64,000 nt of DNA from Acidobacteriota bacterium (lineage in GTDB: Bacteria; Acidobacteriota; Terriglobia; 20CM-2-55-15), in assembly GCA_003222815.1 (NCBI GenBank), contig QHXC01000418.1, positions 111 to 64,110 of the forward strand. Direction: 5' to 3'. The notes below the pieces were generated by a model. That model searched no databases and had not been told where the DNA came from. It saw only the letters and a program-made list of their open reading frames with translations. Shown piece by piece: positions 18,637 to 27,900 of this stretch. The number at the start of each line of letters is the position of its first letter. The stretch's first letter is position 1. The translations under genes were made by a program, and so were the position numbers.

Positions 18637-19743
18637 GTGAAAAATCGTTTAAGTTCGATCGCTACGGCAATCGCGCTGATCGCTATCGGCCTGGCGCCTG
18701 CGCCTGCCGCTGCGCAGTCCGCAAAAATAACAAAGGTGGACGTGACCGCGCCCACGCCACGCCTTCCAAACGGCAAGCCGGACTTCAGTGGGGTTTGGGC
18801 GCGACCCGGTACACAGGATCTGACGAGGACGTTCACGAACCGGGACGGGACCAGCAATAGAGGCGAACCGAATCCGCTTCCATTCACGCCTTGGGGTCAG
18901 GCGCAGTGGGACAATTACAACCCGACACAAAACGGTGACTATGCGGGGAGCTGCATGCCGTTTGGGTGGATACGATCCTTCACGCCACATCCCATGCAGA
19001 TTCTTCAAAACAATGAGTACATCTCATTTTTGTTTGAGCAAAGCACCATGTTTCAAGCCGTGAATACCGAGGGGCTGCCGCATCGAAAGGATTGGCCACC
19101 AACATGGTTTGGTGACTCCCGCGGTCATTGGGACGGAGATACTCTGGTCATCGAAGCGGTGAACTTCAACGGTTGGGCCAAGCTTGGCACCATGGGGCAT
19201 CCGATGAGTGAGGGGGCGAAACTCACCATGACGTTCAAGCGCCCGGACATGGGGCACATTCAGTTCAAATGGGTTCTTGACGATCCGAAGACTTATACGA
19301 GACCCATAAGTAACGACAGAGTCTTCGTGCTCACGCCACAAGTCGAGATCATGGAGTACGCCTGCATGGAGGGCAACCTGGCCTCTCTTATCGACGGTGC
19401 GATCACACCTTGGTTAGGACCCAAAGATTCGGATAAGAATCTTGTTTACGGCCCGCAGCGGGACTGGCCCGCATACGACCTCACCAAACCACAGAAACTC
19501 ACCGGTGTGCTCAAAGACGTTAGCTTCAAAGACGGGCCTGGTATCCTGAGGATGGACGTCGATAAGAAGCCACTGGTCGTCGTGCTGTCACCGCTGGTGC
19601 GAATGAACGCTCGAGGCGTAACTGAAGAAATGCTAAAGCCGGGCGTCATGGTCAGCGTCGTGGCCTATGCGAACAAACAAACAAAGGATGAACTTCGGGC
19701 AGAAAGCATCTCGGTCGAAGGAAGAACGGCGGACTTGCGCTGA
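18637..19743 (+). CDS. hypothetical secreted protein (Sec signal)
   Basis: GTG start with GAGAAAGGAAA RBS. Signal peptide VKNRLSSIATAIALIAIGLAPAPAAAQ. No family recognised. Confidence 0.5.
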   Translation: MKNRLSSIATAIALIAIGLAPAPAAAQSAKITKVDVTAPTPRLPNGKPDFSGVWARPGTQDLTRTFTNRDGTSNRGEPNPLPFTPWGQAQWDNYNPTQNGDYAGSCMPFGWIRSFTPHPMQILQNNEYISFLFEQSTMFQAVNTEGLPHRKDWPPTWFGDSRGHWDGDTLVIEAVNFNGWAKLGTMGHPMSEGAKLTMTFKRPDMGHIQFKWVLDDPKTYTRPISNDRVFVLTPQVEIMEYACMEGNLASLIDGAITPWLGPKDSDKNLVYGPQRDWPAYDLTKPQKLTGVLKDVSFKDGPGILRMDVDKKPLVVVLSPLVRMNARGVTEEMLKPGVMVSVVAYANKQTKDELRAESISVEGRTADLR

Positions 19744-19855
19744 GGAAGGAATCAAACCCGCGCCACCGGGAGATTTATGTCATCGACAAAGTTCAGAATG
19801 CTTCCTTCACCTTTAGCTGGGAGAAAATTTTGGAGGGATTACAGCGTTGAAGAGC

Positions 19856-19899
19856 ACGCGAATGGTTCGCATTCAAACTGCCTAACGCACCATTCGCGT
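19856..19899 (-). terminator. hairpin (11-bp stem ACGCGAATGGT / ACCATTCGCGT) between convergent genes
   Basis: Inverted repeat read directly. It lies just 3' of the amidohydrolase-2 stop and carries a CGCGAAT-type motif that is repeated near 22591. Confidence 0.35.
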
Positions 19900-19924
19900 C
19901 ATTGGCGTAATTCGCGGCTCAGAC

Positions 19925-20983
19925 TCATCTGAATTTCGGCAACAGCCTCAGAGCATTCTGATCGATCGCTTGAAGATCCTTCGGGTCAAACACACCACAT
20001 TCCTTCAAACCTTTGACGTGTTCCGCGGCGGTGCGGAATGGGTAGTCCGTCCCGAAGACGATCTGCGAGATGGGGACGACTTTGCTCAGCGCCGACATAG
20101 CGGCTGGGTTGGCGACCTGCGCCGTGTCGTAGTAAAACTTTGCCGCCGCGCCGCCAAATCCCTGGGGGAACTTCGGCGCGAATTGGGCCGACCGTGCCAT
20201 CCCGGTGAACCGTTCGACCAGAAACGGCATCGTGCCGCCCCCGTGCGAAAAGATCATCCGGATGTTCGCGAAGCGCGCGGCGGCCCCGCCGAAAATCATT
20301 TGGGCGATCGCCCGAGTCGTGTCGGTCCCCCACTCGATTGCCCCATCACCGACATTGGGAAGGAGATTTCTGCAACAGTTGGCTGTGTTCGGATGGGTGT
20401 AGACGACAGCATTGCGCCGGTGGAGTTCCTCGAAGACCGGGTTGAACGCGGGATCGCCCAGCCATTTGTCGCCGTAGCTTGTGAACAAGCCGACGCCGTC
20501 CGCCTTGAGCGTATCGAAGCTGTATTCGATCTCGCGGAGGCTGGCGTCAATGTTCGGAAGAGGCAGTGCGGCGAATACACCGAAACGGCGCGGATGATCC
20601 GTGGCCAGTCTCGCCGCGTACTCGTTGCATTCGCGGCAAAGCCGGACCGCCGTCGACGGATCGTTAAAGGGGTCTCCCGCCGGCGCGATCGAACTGATAC
20701 CTGCGGACACGCCCGCCCGGTCCATATCCTCGAGACCCCGCGCGGGAGTCCAGTTCGCCGAAGCGCCCGCGAGACGCTGGGAGCCCAGTGCCTGGAGCAA
20801 ACTTGGTGGCACAATGTGGTGATGGATGTCGATCCGAACGGGTGTGGCACTGGCGGCTGACGGCCTTGTCTGCGCAAACAATCCCTTCGCGGGGAGAAGC
20901 GCACCCGCTCCGGCCGCGGCAAACGATCTCAGAAACTCCCGGCGCGAACCGCCATAGTGGTTCCCCCGAATGTAATATCTCAT
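19925..20983 (-). CDS. amidohydrolase-2 family (PF04909-like TIM-barrel metal-dependent hydrolase), Tat signal
   Basis: Tat motif SRREFLRSFAAAGAGALL. Metal-binding HHH (IDIHHHIVPP). An amidohydrolase-2-like core that is paralogous to 25408..26508. Confidence 0.7.
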   Translation of the reverse strand: MRYYIRGNHYGGSRREFLRSFAAAGAGALLPAKGLFAQTRPSAASATPVRIDIHHHIVPPSLLQALGSQRLAGASANWTPARGLEDMDRAGVSAGISSIAPAGDPFNDPSTAVRLCRECNEYAARLATDHPRRFGVFAALPLPNIDASLREIEYSFDTLKADGVGLFTSYGDKWLGDPAFNPVFEELHRRNAVVYTHPNTANCCRNLLPNVGDGAIEWGTDTTRAIAQMIFGGAAARFANIRMIFSHGGGTMPFLVERFTGMARSAQFAPKFPQGFGGAAAKFYYDTAQVANPAAMSALSKVVPISQIVFGTDYPFRTAAEHVKGLKECGVFDPKDLQAIDQNALRLLPKFR

Positions 20984-21021
20984 GGTCGCCTCCTCCTGAT
21001 TCTCATCTAATACAGTAAAAA

Positions 21022-21053
21022 GAACGCGGGTTAAAGCCCGCGACTATATTAGG
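21022..21053. repeat. REP-like element, single half-copy (third locus)
   Basis: gaacgcgggttaaagcccgcgactatat. Confidence 0.7.
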
Positions 21054-21294
21054 GCCAAACGTGGTTGCGACAAAGTAGTCCCGGTCTTCAGCCATCTCTC
21101 GCCACTGTAGCGTTGCTTGGCTCAAAAATCTTGCTGCCGGCAAGCTCGCTGATTTCGTTATTCTGTCTCACGATATTATGGCCGTGCCCGAAGAACAGAT
21201 CCGCGATATCACGCCGCTCGCCACCTTCGTTGGAGGAAAGAAAGCCTACTCCGCTCTCGGCGGCGGCTTTTAGCGCGACCGCGCTGTGGCGATG

Positions 21295-22611
21295 TCACTC
21301 GCTTGCACGATAGATGATGTTCCCGGCACGGATCGTGTAATGTACGGCAGCTAGCGCTCGGTTGTTCTGGGAGGGGTCACCTTTCAAGACAACGAGATCC
21401 GCCTGGAGACCTGCGGCGATTCGTCCCAGTTGTTTTGATTCTCCAAATCGCTCGGCGGGCGCAGTCGTCAGTGAAGCGAGAATCTGGCGAAAGCTCATTC
21501 CCGCCTCGGCCATCAAGGCGTACTCCTCAGTAGGATCATACTCGACGGCGCCCAGGTCGTTTCCGAAAAGAACTGTCCCTCCAGAGGCAAGCCAGGCTCG
21601 CAACTGGCCAATTTCAGTATTAGCAATCTGCTCCTGGGCTGATATGCGGTCATGGCGCATGTAGTACTTCCATATTGTAAGGGTTGGTGTGAGGGCCACT
21701 CGCCGGTCCTTCATCGCCGCAAGGATCGTTTCGTCCCACGGGCCGGAGTGGGGAGCGGTGTGAGCAATGACATCAACTCCACCTCGAACCGCGGTGAGCA
21801 CGTCCGCGCCGCTATTTGGGTGAACAAAGACAGGTTTCGCCAACCGATGGGCTTCGTTTACAGCGGCTTGAATGGCGCTCTCCGGAAGCGAGGCACTGCG
21901 CGGCGAAGATGCGAACAGCTTTATGCCGTCCACGCCTTCATCCAGGAGCTTCTTTGAAGCCGCCGCCGCTTGGGCGGCATCCACTATCTCCGGGGCTGGG
22001 AACTTCATTGCGCCCATCATGTTGAGCACGGTGTCCGACGGAAGTGCGTGCGGCGGAACCATGGCCTCCCCGGTCGAGCGAATTCTCGGACCCGGCACTT
22101 CTCCAGACTCGATGCGGTCCCGGAGCCGCCGCGTGTTCTCCCACATGGACCCGATGTCGAACACGCTGGTAAACCCATACCGTGTGAGCATGTCCTGGAG
22201 CTGCCGGCTGAGCTCGGGCACTGGGATTCCCACGGCATTCGCCCACTTTCTTTCAAAGAAGTGCACGTGGCTGTTCCAAAAACCTGCCGCAACCGTGAAA
22301 CCCGAGCAATCGAGCAATTCGGTGTTCTGAGGAACCTGGACAACCGCCCTGTTACCCACCGCTGCTATCTTTCCGCCTTGAATGAGCACCACGCCGTCCG
22401 GTATGGGCTCTTCTGTGGGACTGACATAGATCGTCCCTCCCACCAGAGCTAAATACCCCGGGGAGTTGAGGGATTGACCTGATTGCCTGCTATGTGGGGG
22501 GTTTCTCGTGCTCGTCCCAGTGTTCAACGATCTTGCCGTTTTTCTCGAGTCGTGGGTGTGGATATCCAGGCAAGGAGTCTCTTCGGGTCCCATTCGCGTA
22601 ATCCGCGTCAT
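21295..22611 (-). CDS. amidohydrolase family (PF01979-like) metal-dependent hydrolase; start uncertain
   Basis: LALVGGTIYVSP...VLIQGGKIAAVG...ELLDCSGFTVAAGFWNSHVHF is a typical amidohydrolase N-terminus. The first ~60 aa of the ORF are polar low-complexity, so the real start is probably further downstream. Confidence 0.65.
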   Translation of the reverse strand: MTRITRMGPEETPCLDIHTHDSRKTARSLNTGTSTRNPPHSRQSGQSLNSPGYLALVGGTIYVSPTEEPIPDGVVLIQGGKIAAVGNRAVVQVPQNTELLDCSGFTVAAGFWNSHVHFFERKWANAVGIPVPELSRQLQDMLTRYGFTSVFDIGSMWENTRRLRDRIESGEVPGPRIRSTGEAMVPPHALPSDTVLNMMGAMKFPAPEIVDAAQAAAASKKLLDEGVDGIKLFASSPRSASLPESAIQAAVNEAHRLAKPVFVHPNSGADVLTAVRGGVDVIAHTAPHSGPWDETILAAMKDRRVALTPTLTIWKYYMRHDRISAQEQIANTEIGQLRAWLASGGTVLFGNDLGAVEYDPTEEYALMAEAGMSFRQILASLTTAPAERFGESKQLGRIAAGLQADLVVLKGDPSQNNRALAAVHYTIRAGNIIYRASE

Positions 22612-22622
22612 TCGCGGCTAGG

Positions 22623-24488
22623 CTAATGTTGAGATGGCGCAGCGGCTTGTTCCAACGTTCCTTTCAAGGAAAAGAGCCACAGGCTGTCCCCGCGGGGCGA
22701 TCCTGCAAAGAGGCTACCCGCCGAATAGGCCACAAGGTACTGTTCTCCCTCGTATTCAAACACGCTGGCTGGAGCATTCACACCAGCGCCCGTCTGGAAC
22801 TCCCATAGGCGTTTGCCGGTCGAAGAGTTGAGCGCGGTCAGCCGCCCGTCGTTTCTCCCTACAAAAACGAGGCCACCCGCCGTCGTCACCGAGCCGCTAT
22901 AGCAGGAGTCCTTCCACCTTTGTTGCCACACGAGACGATTGGTCTTCATATCCAACGCTGCGAAGATTCCCGTACCTGGAATGGGAGCGCCGCCAAAGAC
23001 GCCTCCCAAATAGCGTTCGCCCTCCCGTGAAGTCACTTGATTCAGCTCGCCGGCCTTGAATAAATTCGTGCTGTCGGTGCCACATACATAAAAGTAGTTC
23101 GTGGCTGGATCGTAGGAGCTAGGCGGCCAGTTCGCCCCGCCCCGCGGGGCTGGTTTGGCTACGACTCCCTCAGTCCAGAATGGAGTGAAGATGCGCCCCT
23201 GGTTCACCAGGGGGAAGTCCTCTGGTGCAATGTCCACGTGGTGGGGTACGAACGCGTCTCCCCGTGGATAAGGCTGGGTTGGCGACGTGAACTGCCGTGG
23301 CTCTTGGGGAACCGGCTTCTCATCGATCCCGAGCAACGGCTTACCTGTGATCCGATCGAGGATGTATACCCAACCCGTCTTGCTCGCCTCGGCGGCCGCT
23401 TTTCGGACTCGACCGTTGACCTTCACATCAAAGAGAATGACGGGATTGGGAGAATCATAGTCCCACAGATCATGGTGAACTTGCTGATAGTGCCACCGGT
23501 ACTTTCCCGTCTTTGCTTCCACGGCCAGCATCGAAACGGAGAAAAGATTATTTCCAGCACGGACCCGGCCGTTGAAGTCAGGTCCCGGATTACCTGTGGT
23601 GAAATATATAAGGCCCAGCTCCGGGTCCACTGCCGGGGTTTGCCACACCGTGGCTCCGCCGTGCTTCCACGCTTCATTATTCTGCGGCCAGGTGTCATGA
23701 CCGATCTCGTCCGGGCCAGGGATCGTGTAGAAAGTCCAGATCAGATGCCCATCTTTCGCGTCGTAGGCCTTGACGCGGCCCCGTGTGCCGTTCTCGCCGC
23801 CGGCAAAGCCGACGATGATCAATCCGTCGAAGTAAAGGGGTGCGGCTGTAATTGTGTAACCGTCCTGCCAGCGCTCGGCTTGAATGGACCACGTGGCCTT
23901 GCCCGATTTTTCATCCAGAGCCACCAGGCGGCCATCCAGCTGTCCCACGTAAATCTTGCCATCACCTAAGGCCAGACCCCGGCTCGTCCAGCCACAGCAG
24001 ACGGTGGATATGGTCCCGTCAAGGTTGGCTTCGTACTTCCAGAGGATCTTGCCTGTCTTCACGCTAACAGCAAAGACGTCGTCAGCTCCTGTGACGAGAT
24101 AGATGACTCCTTCGTGGACGATAGGCTGGGCCTCGCCGGAGTACTTGACGTTCATCCCCGAGCCGTCCAGATGCGCTCGCCATACGGCCTTCAAGTTGGC
24201 GACGGTCTGGCGATTGATCTGCGTCAGAGGGGAGTAGTTCTGGTTGAAAAAGTTACCTCCGCTCTTGGGCCAGCCGTTCGTGGGAAGCGCCGCCAGCTCC
24301 TTATCTGACAAGGCTGCAGTTGCACCGATGCCGGAATCAGCGGGAACCTCAGTGGGCGCCGGTTTGGTCGCTGGCCTGGACTGCTGCGGTAACGGAAATC
24401 CAAAGAGCAGCGCGCAAAGCGCAGAGCTGCCCGTTAGCAAAAGAACCAAAGCGACATGTGAAGAGATCCACCTGATCTTATTTTCCAA
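22623..24488 (-). CDS. PQQ-dependent dehydrogenase, methanol/ethanol family (8-bladed propeller, vicinal Cys-Cys)
   Basis: Signal peptide. Adjacent cysteines TVCCGW, the hallmark of PQQ alcohol dehydrogenases. PQQ-repeat tryptophan-docking motifs throughout. Confidence 0.85.
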   Translation of the reverse strand: MENKIRWISSHVALVLLLTGSSALCALLFGFPLPQQSRPATKPAPTEVPADSGIGATAALSDKELAALPTNGWPKSGGNFFNQNYSPLTQINRQTVANLKAVWRAHLDGSGMNVKYSGEAQPIVHEGVIYLVTGADDVFAVSVKTGKILWKYEANLDGTISTVCCGWTSRGLALGDGKIYVGQLDGRLVALDEKSGKATWSIQAERWQDGYTITAAPLYFDGLIIVGFAGGENGTRGRVKAYDAKDGHLIWTFYTIPGPDEIGHDTWPQNNEAWKHGGATVWQTPAVDPELGLIYFTTGNPGPDFNGRVRAGNNLFSVSMLAVEAKTGKYRWHYQQVHHDLWDYDSPNPVILFDVKVNGRVRKAAAEASKTGWVYILDRITGKPLLGIDEKPVPQEPRQFTSPTQPYPRGDAFVPHHVDIAPEDFPLVNQGRIFTPFWTEGVVAKPAPRGGANWPPSSYDPATNYFYVCGTDSTNLFKAGELNQVTSREGERYLGGVFGGAPIPGTGIFAALDMKTNRLVWQQRWKDSCYSGSVTTAGGLVFVGRNDGRLTALNSSTGKRLWEFQTGAGVNAPASVFEYEGEQYLVAYSAGSLFAGSPRGDSLWLFSLKGTLEQAAAPSQH

Positions 24489-24675
24489 CTCACGCCTCCT
24501 TCGAGCACCTTCGAGCCGACCTGGGAATTCCGCCGGATGCTACAACCCCATGATGTCGTAGTGTGCTGCCTGCTACCGAATATCGTTCCTCGAAGATGTG
24601 CGCATTTTATCAAACTCGTGATTATGCACATTGGCCGATTTGCGATACATCATCGTAATTACGAGCCCCCGGCAC

Positions 24676-24858
24676 TCAATTTGACGGGTTCGGCTTGCCG
24701 GCGGCTTTATAAAGATCAGCTTTGGTTGCGCCCGAGCCGTGGAGCGGGAGGATCTTTTCGAAATCGAGTTTCAGCCTCTCGACATTCTCCACAAGGTTCA
24801 CAGTGAGTGGGCCACATGTTTCTTGACCATATTCCCCTCCATGCGCGGATGACGTCAT
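24676..24858 (-). pseudogene. remnant: C-terminal fragment of a metallo-beta-lactamase-fold protein
   Basis: 60 aa (...LTVNLVENVERLKLDFEKILPLHGSGATKADL...) homologous to the C-terminal part of ORF 33236..33529. The cupin gene occupies the position where the N-terminal part would be. Confidence 0.4.
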
Positions 24859-24952
24859 TTAATGCGCATTATATGGACTGCAATTCTGGCGGTCCAATCT
24901 TTCGGTGTGGTAGGCTTCTCACGATTCCTGGAGTAAAGGAGGACAAGCGGCG

Positions 24953-25411
24953 ATGTCGCAGCAGATGAAATTCGAAAGCCGGGAGAAAAGAATCACCCCC
25001 AGCGAATTCCAATTTGGGGCGGATGCGGGACCGGCCGTTGGCACATCTCTGGTATCGGAAGTTCAGACAGCCATTCTCAAGGGAGATCCCTCGAAGCCCG
25101 GCCTGTACACGATCCTTCTTCGCATTGCGCCGAACACGAGGATTCAGCCGCATTCGCACCGGGACGACCGTATCGCGACAGTGGTTTCAGGCACGTGGTA
25201 TTTCGCTTATGGCGACGAATTTGACGAGACTGACCTGAAGGCTTTGCCACCTGGCAGCTTCTACACGGAACCCGAGGGGATCAATCATTTTGGATTGACG
25301 AAAGAAGAAGTCCTTATCCAGATGACGGGCATCGGACCCTCGGACACCGTCTACGTCGATCCGCGTCACGACCCGACCAGGCAGCGCCAGCAGGAAAGGA
25401 CTAACCCGTGA
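24953..25411 (+). CDS. cupin domain protein
   Basis: Cupin motifs PHSHRDDRIATVVSGTWYF and PPGSFYTEPEGINHFG. The upstream RBS is AAAGGAGGA. Confidence 0.7.
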   Translation: MSQQMKFESREKRITPSEFQFGADAGPAVGTSLVSEVQTAILKGDPSKPGLYTILLRIAPNTRIQPHSHRDDRIATVVSGTWYFAYGDEFDETDLKALPPGSFYTEPEGINHFGLTKEEVLIQMTGIGPSDTVYVDPRHDPTRQRQQERTNP

Positions 25412-26508
25412 ATGATCGCCGAGAATTTCTAAGAGCCTTGGCCGCCCTCGGAACGGCCGTCACCATGGCGCCTGCCGGCGAATTGTTCGCGCAACGGCCC
25501 TACAAGGTAACCGCGAAAGGCGGATCGATTGACGTACACCATCACCATGCGCCGCCGGGCCTCGGCGGTGGAGGTGGAGGCGGGGGCGGTGCCGCAGCAG
25601 GTGCGAGAGGTGCTTCGCCTGCCGGCGCCACAGGCAGAGGCACCGCAGGCGCACGCGGAGGCGGGGGTGGGCCGTGGACGCCCCAGCGATCCATCGAGCA
25701 GATGGATAAATTCGGGATTGTCACGGCGATCCTCTCGCTGACTCAAGTGGGCGACGTGATTTACGACAACACTGCGAAAGGACGCGCGGCAGTTCGGACT
25801 GCCAATGAATTCGGTGCGAAGTGTATGCAGGACTACCCGAAACGTTTCGGACTGTTTGCATCGATACCTTTCCCCGATGTAGAAGGTTCCCTGAAGGAGA
25901 TCGAGTACGCGTGCGATATCTTGAAATGTGTCGGGATCAGTATCTACACAAATGAAAACCAGGGTCATTGGCCGGGCGATCACCATCTGGAACCCATTTG
26001 GGAAGAACTCGGCCGGCGCAAAACAATCCTGTACATGCATCCCTGGGTGCCGGCGTGCTGCAATAATCTCAACTACGGCGCGTCATCCTTCATGAATGAG
26101 ATTGATTTTGAAACTACACGCGCAGTTACCAGTTTCATTACGAACGGCGTGTTCTTTCGTCATCGCGACCTCAAGTTGATCACCGCGCATTCCGGCGGTA
26201 CGCTTCCCGTGCTGGCGGGACGCATGAAGGATCGTTATCCGAACGACAAGATTCAATACATTCCCGACGGGTTTTGGGCTGAACTCCGGCGTCTTTATTA
26301 CGACTGCGCGCACGCCACTTATAAAATGCCGTGGGCCGCGCTGACCGCATTGGTCCCCCCGACCCAACTCCTGTTTGGGACGGATTACTCTCCAGAACCC
26401 ATCGAGACAACGATCAACGAGATTCCCAACCTGGGCCTGTCCCGCGACGTCCTGGAGATGCTGGAACGCAAAAATGCGGAGCGTTTGTTCCCGCGGTTCA
26501 AAGTCTGA
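25408..26508 (+). CDS. amidohydrolase-2 family paralog, Tat signal, with ~40-aa Gly/Ala-rich insertion
   Basis: Tat motif DRREFLRALAALGTAVTMA. Metal-binding HHHH. The insertion is GGGGGGGGGAAAGARGASPAGATGRGTAGARGGGGG, encoded by 25555-25672. The remainder is collinear with 19925..20983. Confidence 0.7.
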   Translation: MNDRREFLRALAALGTAVTMAPAGELFAQRPYKVTAKGGSIDVHHHHAPPGLGGGGGGGGGAAAGARGASPAGATGRGTAGARGGGGGPWTPQRSIEQMDKFGIVTAILSLTQVGDVIYDNTAKGRAAVRTANEFGAKCMQDYPKRFGLFASIPFPDVEGSLKEIEYACDILKCVGISIYTNENQGHWPGDHHLEPIWEELGRRKTILYMHPWVPACCNNLNYGASSFMNEIDFETTRAVTSFITNGVFFRHRDLKLITAHSGGTLPVLAGRMKDRYPNDKIQYIPDGFWAELRRLYYDCAHATYKMPWAALTALVPPTQLLFGTDYSPEPIETTINEIPNLGLSRDVLEMLERKNAERLFPRFKV

Positions 26509-26566
26509 TGCGTGGCATAATCCGCGCAATCCGTGGCCAAACTCTATGGCGGTGGAGGACAAATCA

Positions 26567-27718
26567 ATGAGATTTTTCAGAAGCACTCAACAGACGCGCC
26601 GGGAATTCCTGCAGTTGAGTGCAGCGTCGATCTTCCGCCCGGTGTTTGGCGCGCAAGTGCCGGCAGGACGAGTGACGACAATCGTTGGAAACGGGGTGAG
26701 AGGTTCGGCAGCGGACGACGAAACAATGGATCGCGCTCAAATCAATAATCCTTTCCATGTGGTGATTGGACCGGACGGCGCCCTGTATTGGTCGGACTTC
26801 GGGACGCACAGGGTTCTCCGGGCCGACTTGCGCACCAAGAAACTTTCAGTAGTGGCAGGCAACGGCACGAAAGGCTATTCCGGTGACGGCGGCCCAGCAA
26901 AGTCGGCCCAACTCAATGGTCCTCACGAAATCCGGTTTGACAGCAAAGGCAACCTTTATGTTGTCGAGCGCGATAACGCCATTGTGAGACGCGTCGAGAT
27001 GAAGTCGGGCATCATCTCGACGGTGGCAGGCACCGGAATGCCAGGGTACGCCGGCGATGGCGGACCTGCAACGAAAGCCCAGTTCAATCAACCTCACGGC
27101 ATTAACCTCGACCGATCCGGCAACCTCTATATATGCGACCCCCTCAATAACCGCCTCCGCCGAGTGGATGCAAAGACTGGCATCGTTACGACGTTTGCTG
27201 GAAACGGACAGGACGGCCGTACCCCCGACGAAGGTACTCTGACGGGAACGCCATTAGCCGGACCACGGTCCATCGAGTTTCCTAAGGATGGGAAAATCTA
27301 TCTGGCGTTAAGAGAGGGCAACGGCATATTCACACTTGATCCAAGGCAGAACCGAGTGAAGCGCATCGCCGGAAACGGTGAAAGTGGCTACACCGGCGAC
27401 GGTGGACCGGCAATGTCCGCCCGATTCGGCGGGTCGGCGCCCGGCGGGTTGACTGGGCCAAAAGGACTCTCCATTTCCGATGACGGAATCATGTTCGTGG
27501 CAGACTGCGAGAATCACGTCATCCGCAGAATCGACTTGCGTACCGGAATAATTTCTACCGCCGTCGGAACCGGCCAACGCAGCGACGGCCCGGATGGTGA
27601 TCCCACCAAATGCAAACTGTCTCGACCTCATGCTGTGTTCGTGCAAGGCCGAACGGTTTACATCGCAGATAGCGAAAATAACAGGATTCGCGCTCTGCAG
27701 TACTCTCTCCACCTCTAG
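26567..27718 (+). CDS. NHL-repeat beta-propeller protein, Tat signal
   Basis: ATG at 26567 with GGTGGAGGA RBS. Tat motif TRREFLQLSAASI. Repeated NHL-like blades (NNPFHVVIGPDGALYWSD, NGPHEIRFDSKGNLYVVE, NQPHGINLDRSGNLYICD, ...). Confidence 0.8.
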   Translation: MRFFRSTQQTRREFLQLSAASIFRPVFGAQVPAGRVTTIVGNGVRGSAADDETMDRAQINNPFHVVIGPDGALYWSDFGTHRVLRADLRTKKLSVVAGNGTKGYSGDGGPAKSAQLNGPHEIRFDSKGNLYVVERDNAIVRRVEMKSGIISTVAGTGMPGYAGDGGPATKAQFNQPHGINLDRSGNLYICDPLNNRLRRVDAKTGIVTTFAGNGQDGRTPDEGTLTGTPLAGPRSIEFPKDGKIYLALREGNGIFTLDPRQNRVKRIAGNGESGYTGDGGPAMSARFGGSAPGGLTGPKGLSISDDGIMFVADCENHVIRRIDLRTGIISTAVGTGQRSDGPDGDPTKCKLSRPHAVFVQGRTVYIADSENNRIRALQYSLHL

Positions 27719-27900
27719 CCCGGGCTATTGCAGATTCGACCATATTGGGAAAAACAAGACAACGGATAAGCTCACCTGTATAGTGTGACCTCCAGCGCGC
27801 GGCCGACAGGCGAGCTAGCTTCGCACTTGGATGTCCAAAATGCGAGGCTAGCTCTATCTTCTGTTCACCTAGTGACCGAGCTTCCACGGCAGGCTAGGGT

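Noticed and set aside
19970-20922. ORF 19970..20860(+) and 20296..20922(-) Arg-rich products
   Set aside because: Overlap the amidohydrolase-2 gene in alternate frames. The products are low-complexity and Arg/Pro-rich, typical of GC-rich off-frame translation.
23238-23969. ORF 23238..23969(+), 243 aa
   Set aside because: Antisense to the PQQ-dehydrogenase, which has diagnostic CC and propeller motifs.
25429-26040. ORF 25429..26040(-) and poly-Pro ORF 25542..25724(-)
   Set aside because: Antisense reading of the Gly-rich tract (GGN codons read as CCN gives poly-Pro) within the amidohydrolase-2 paralog.
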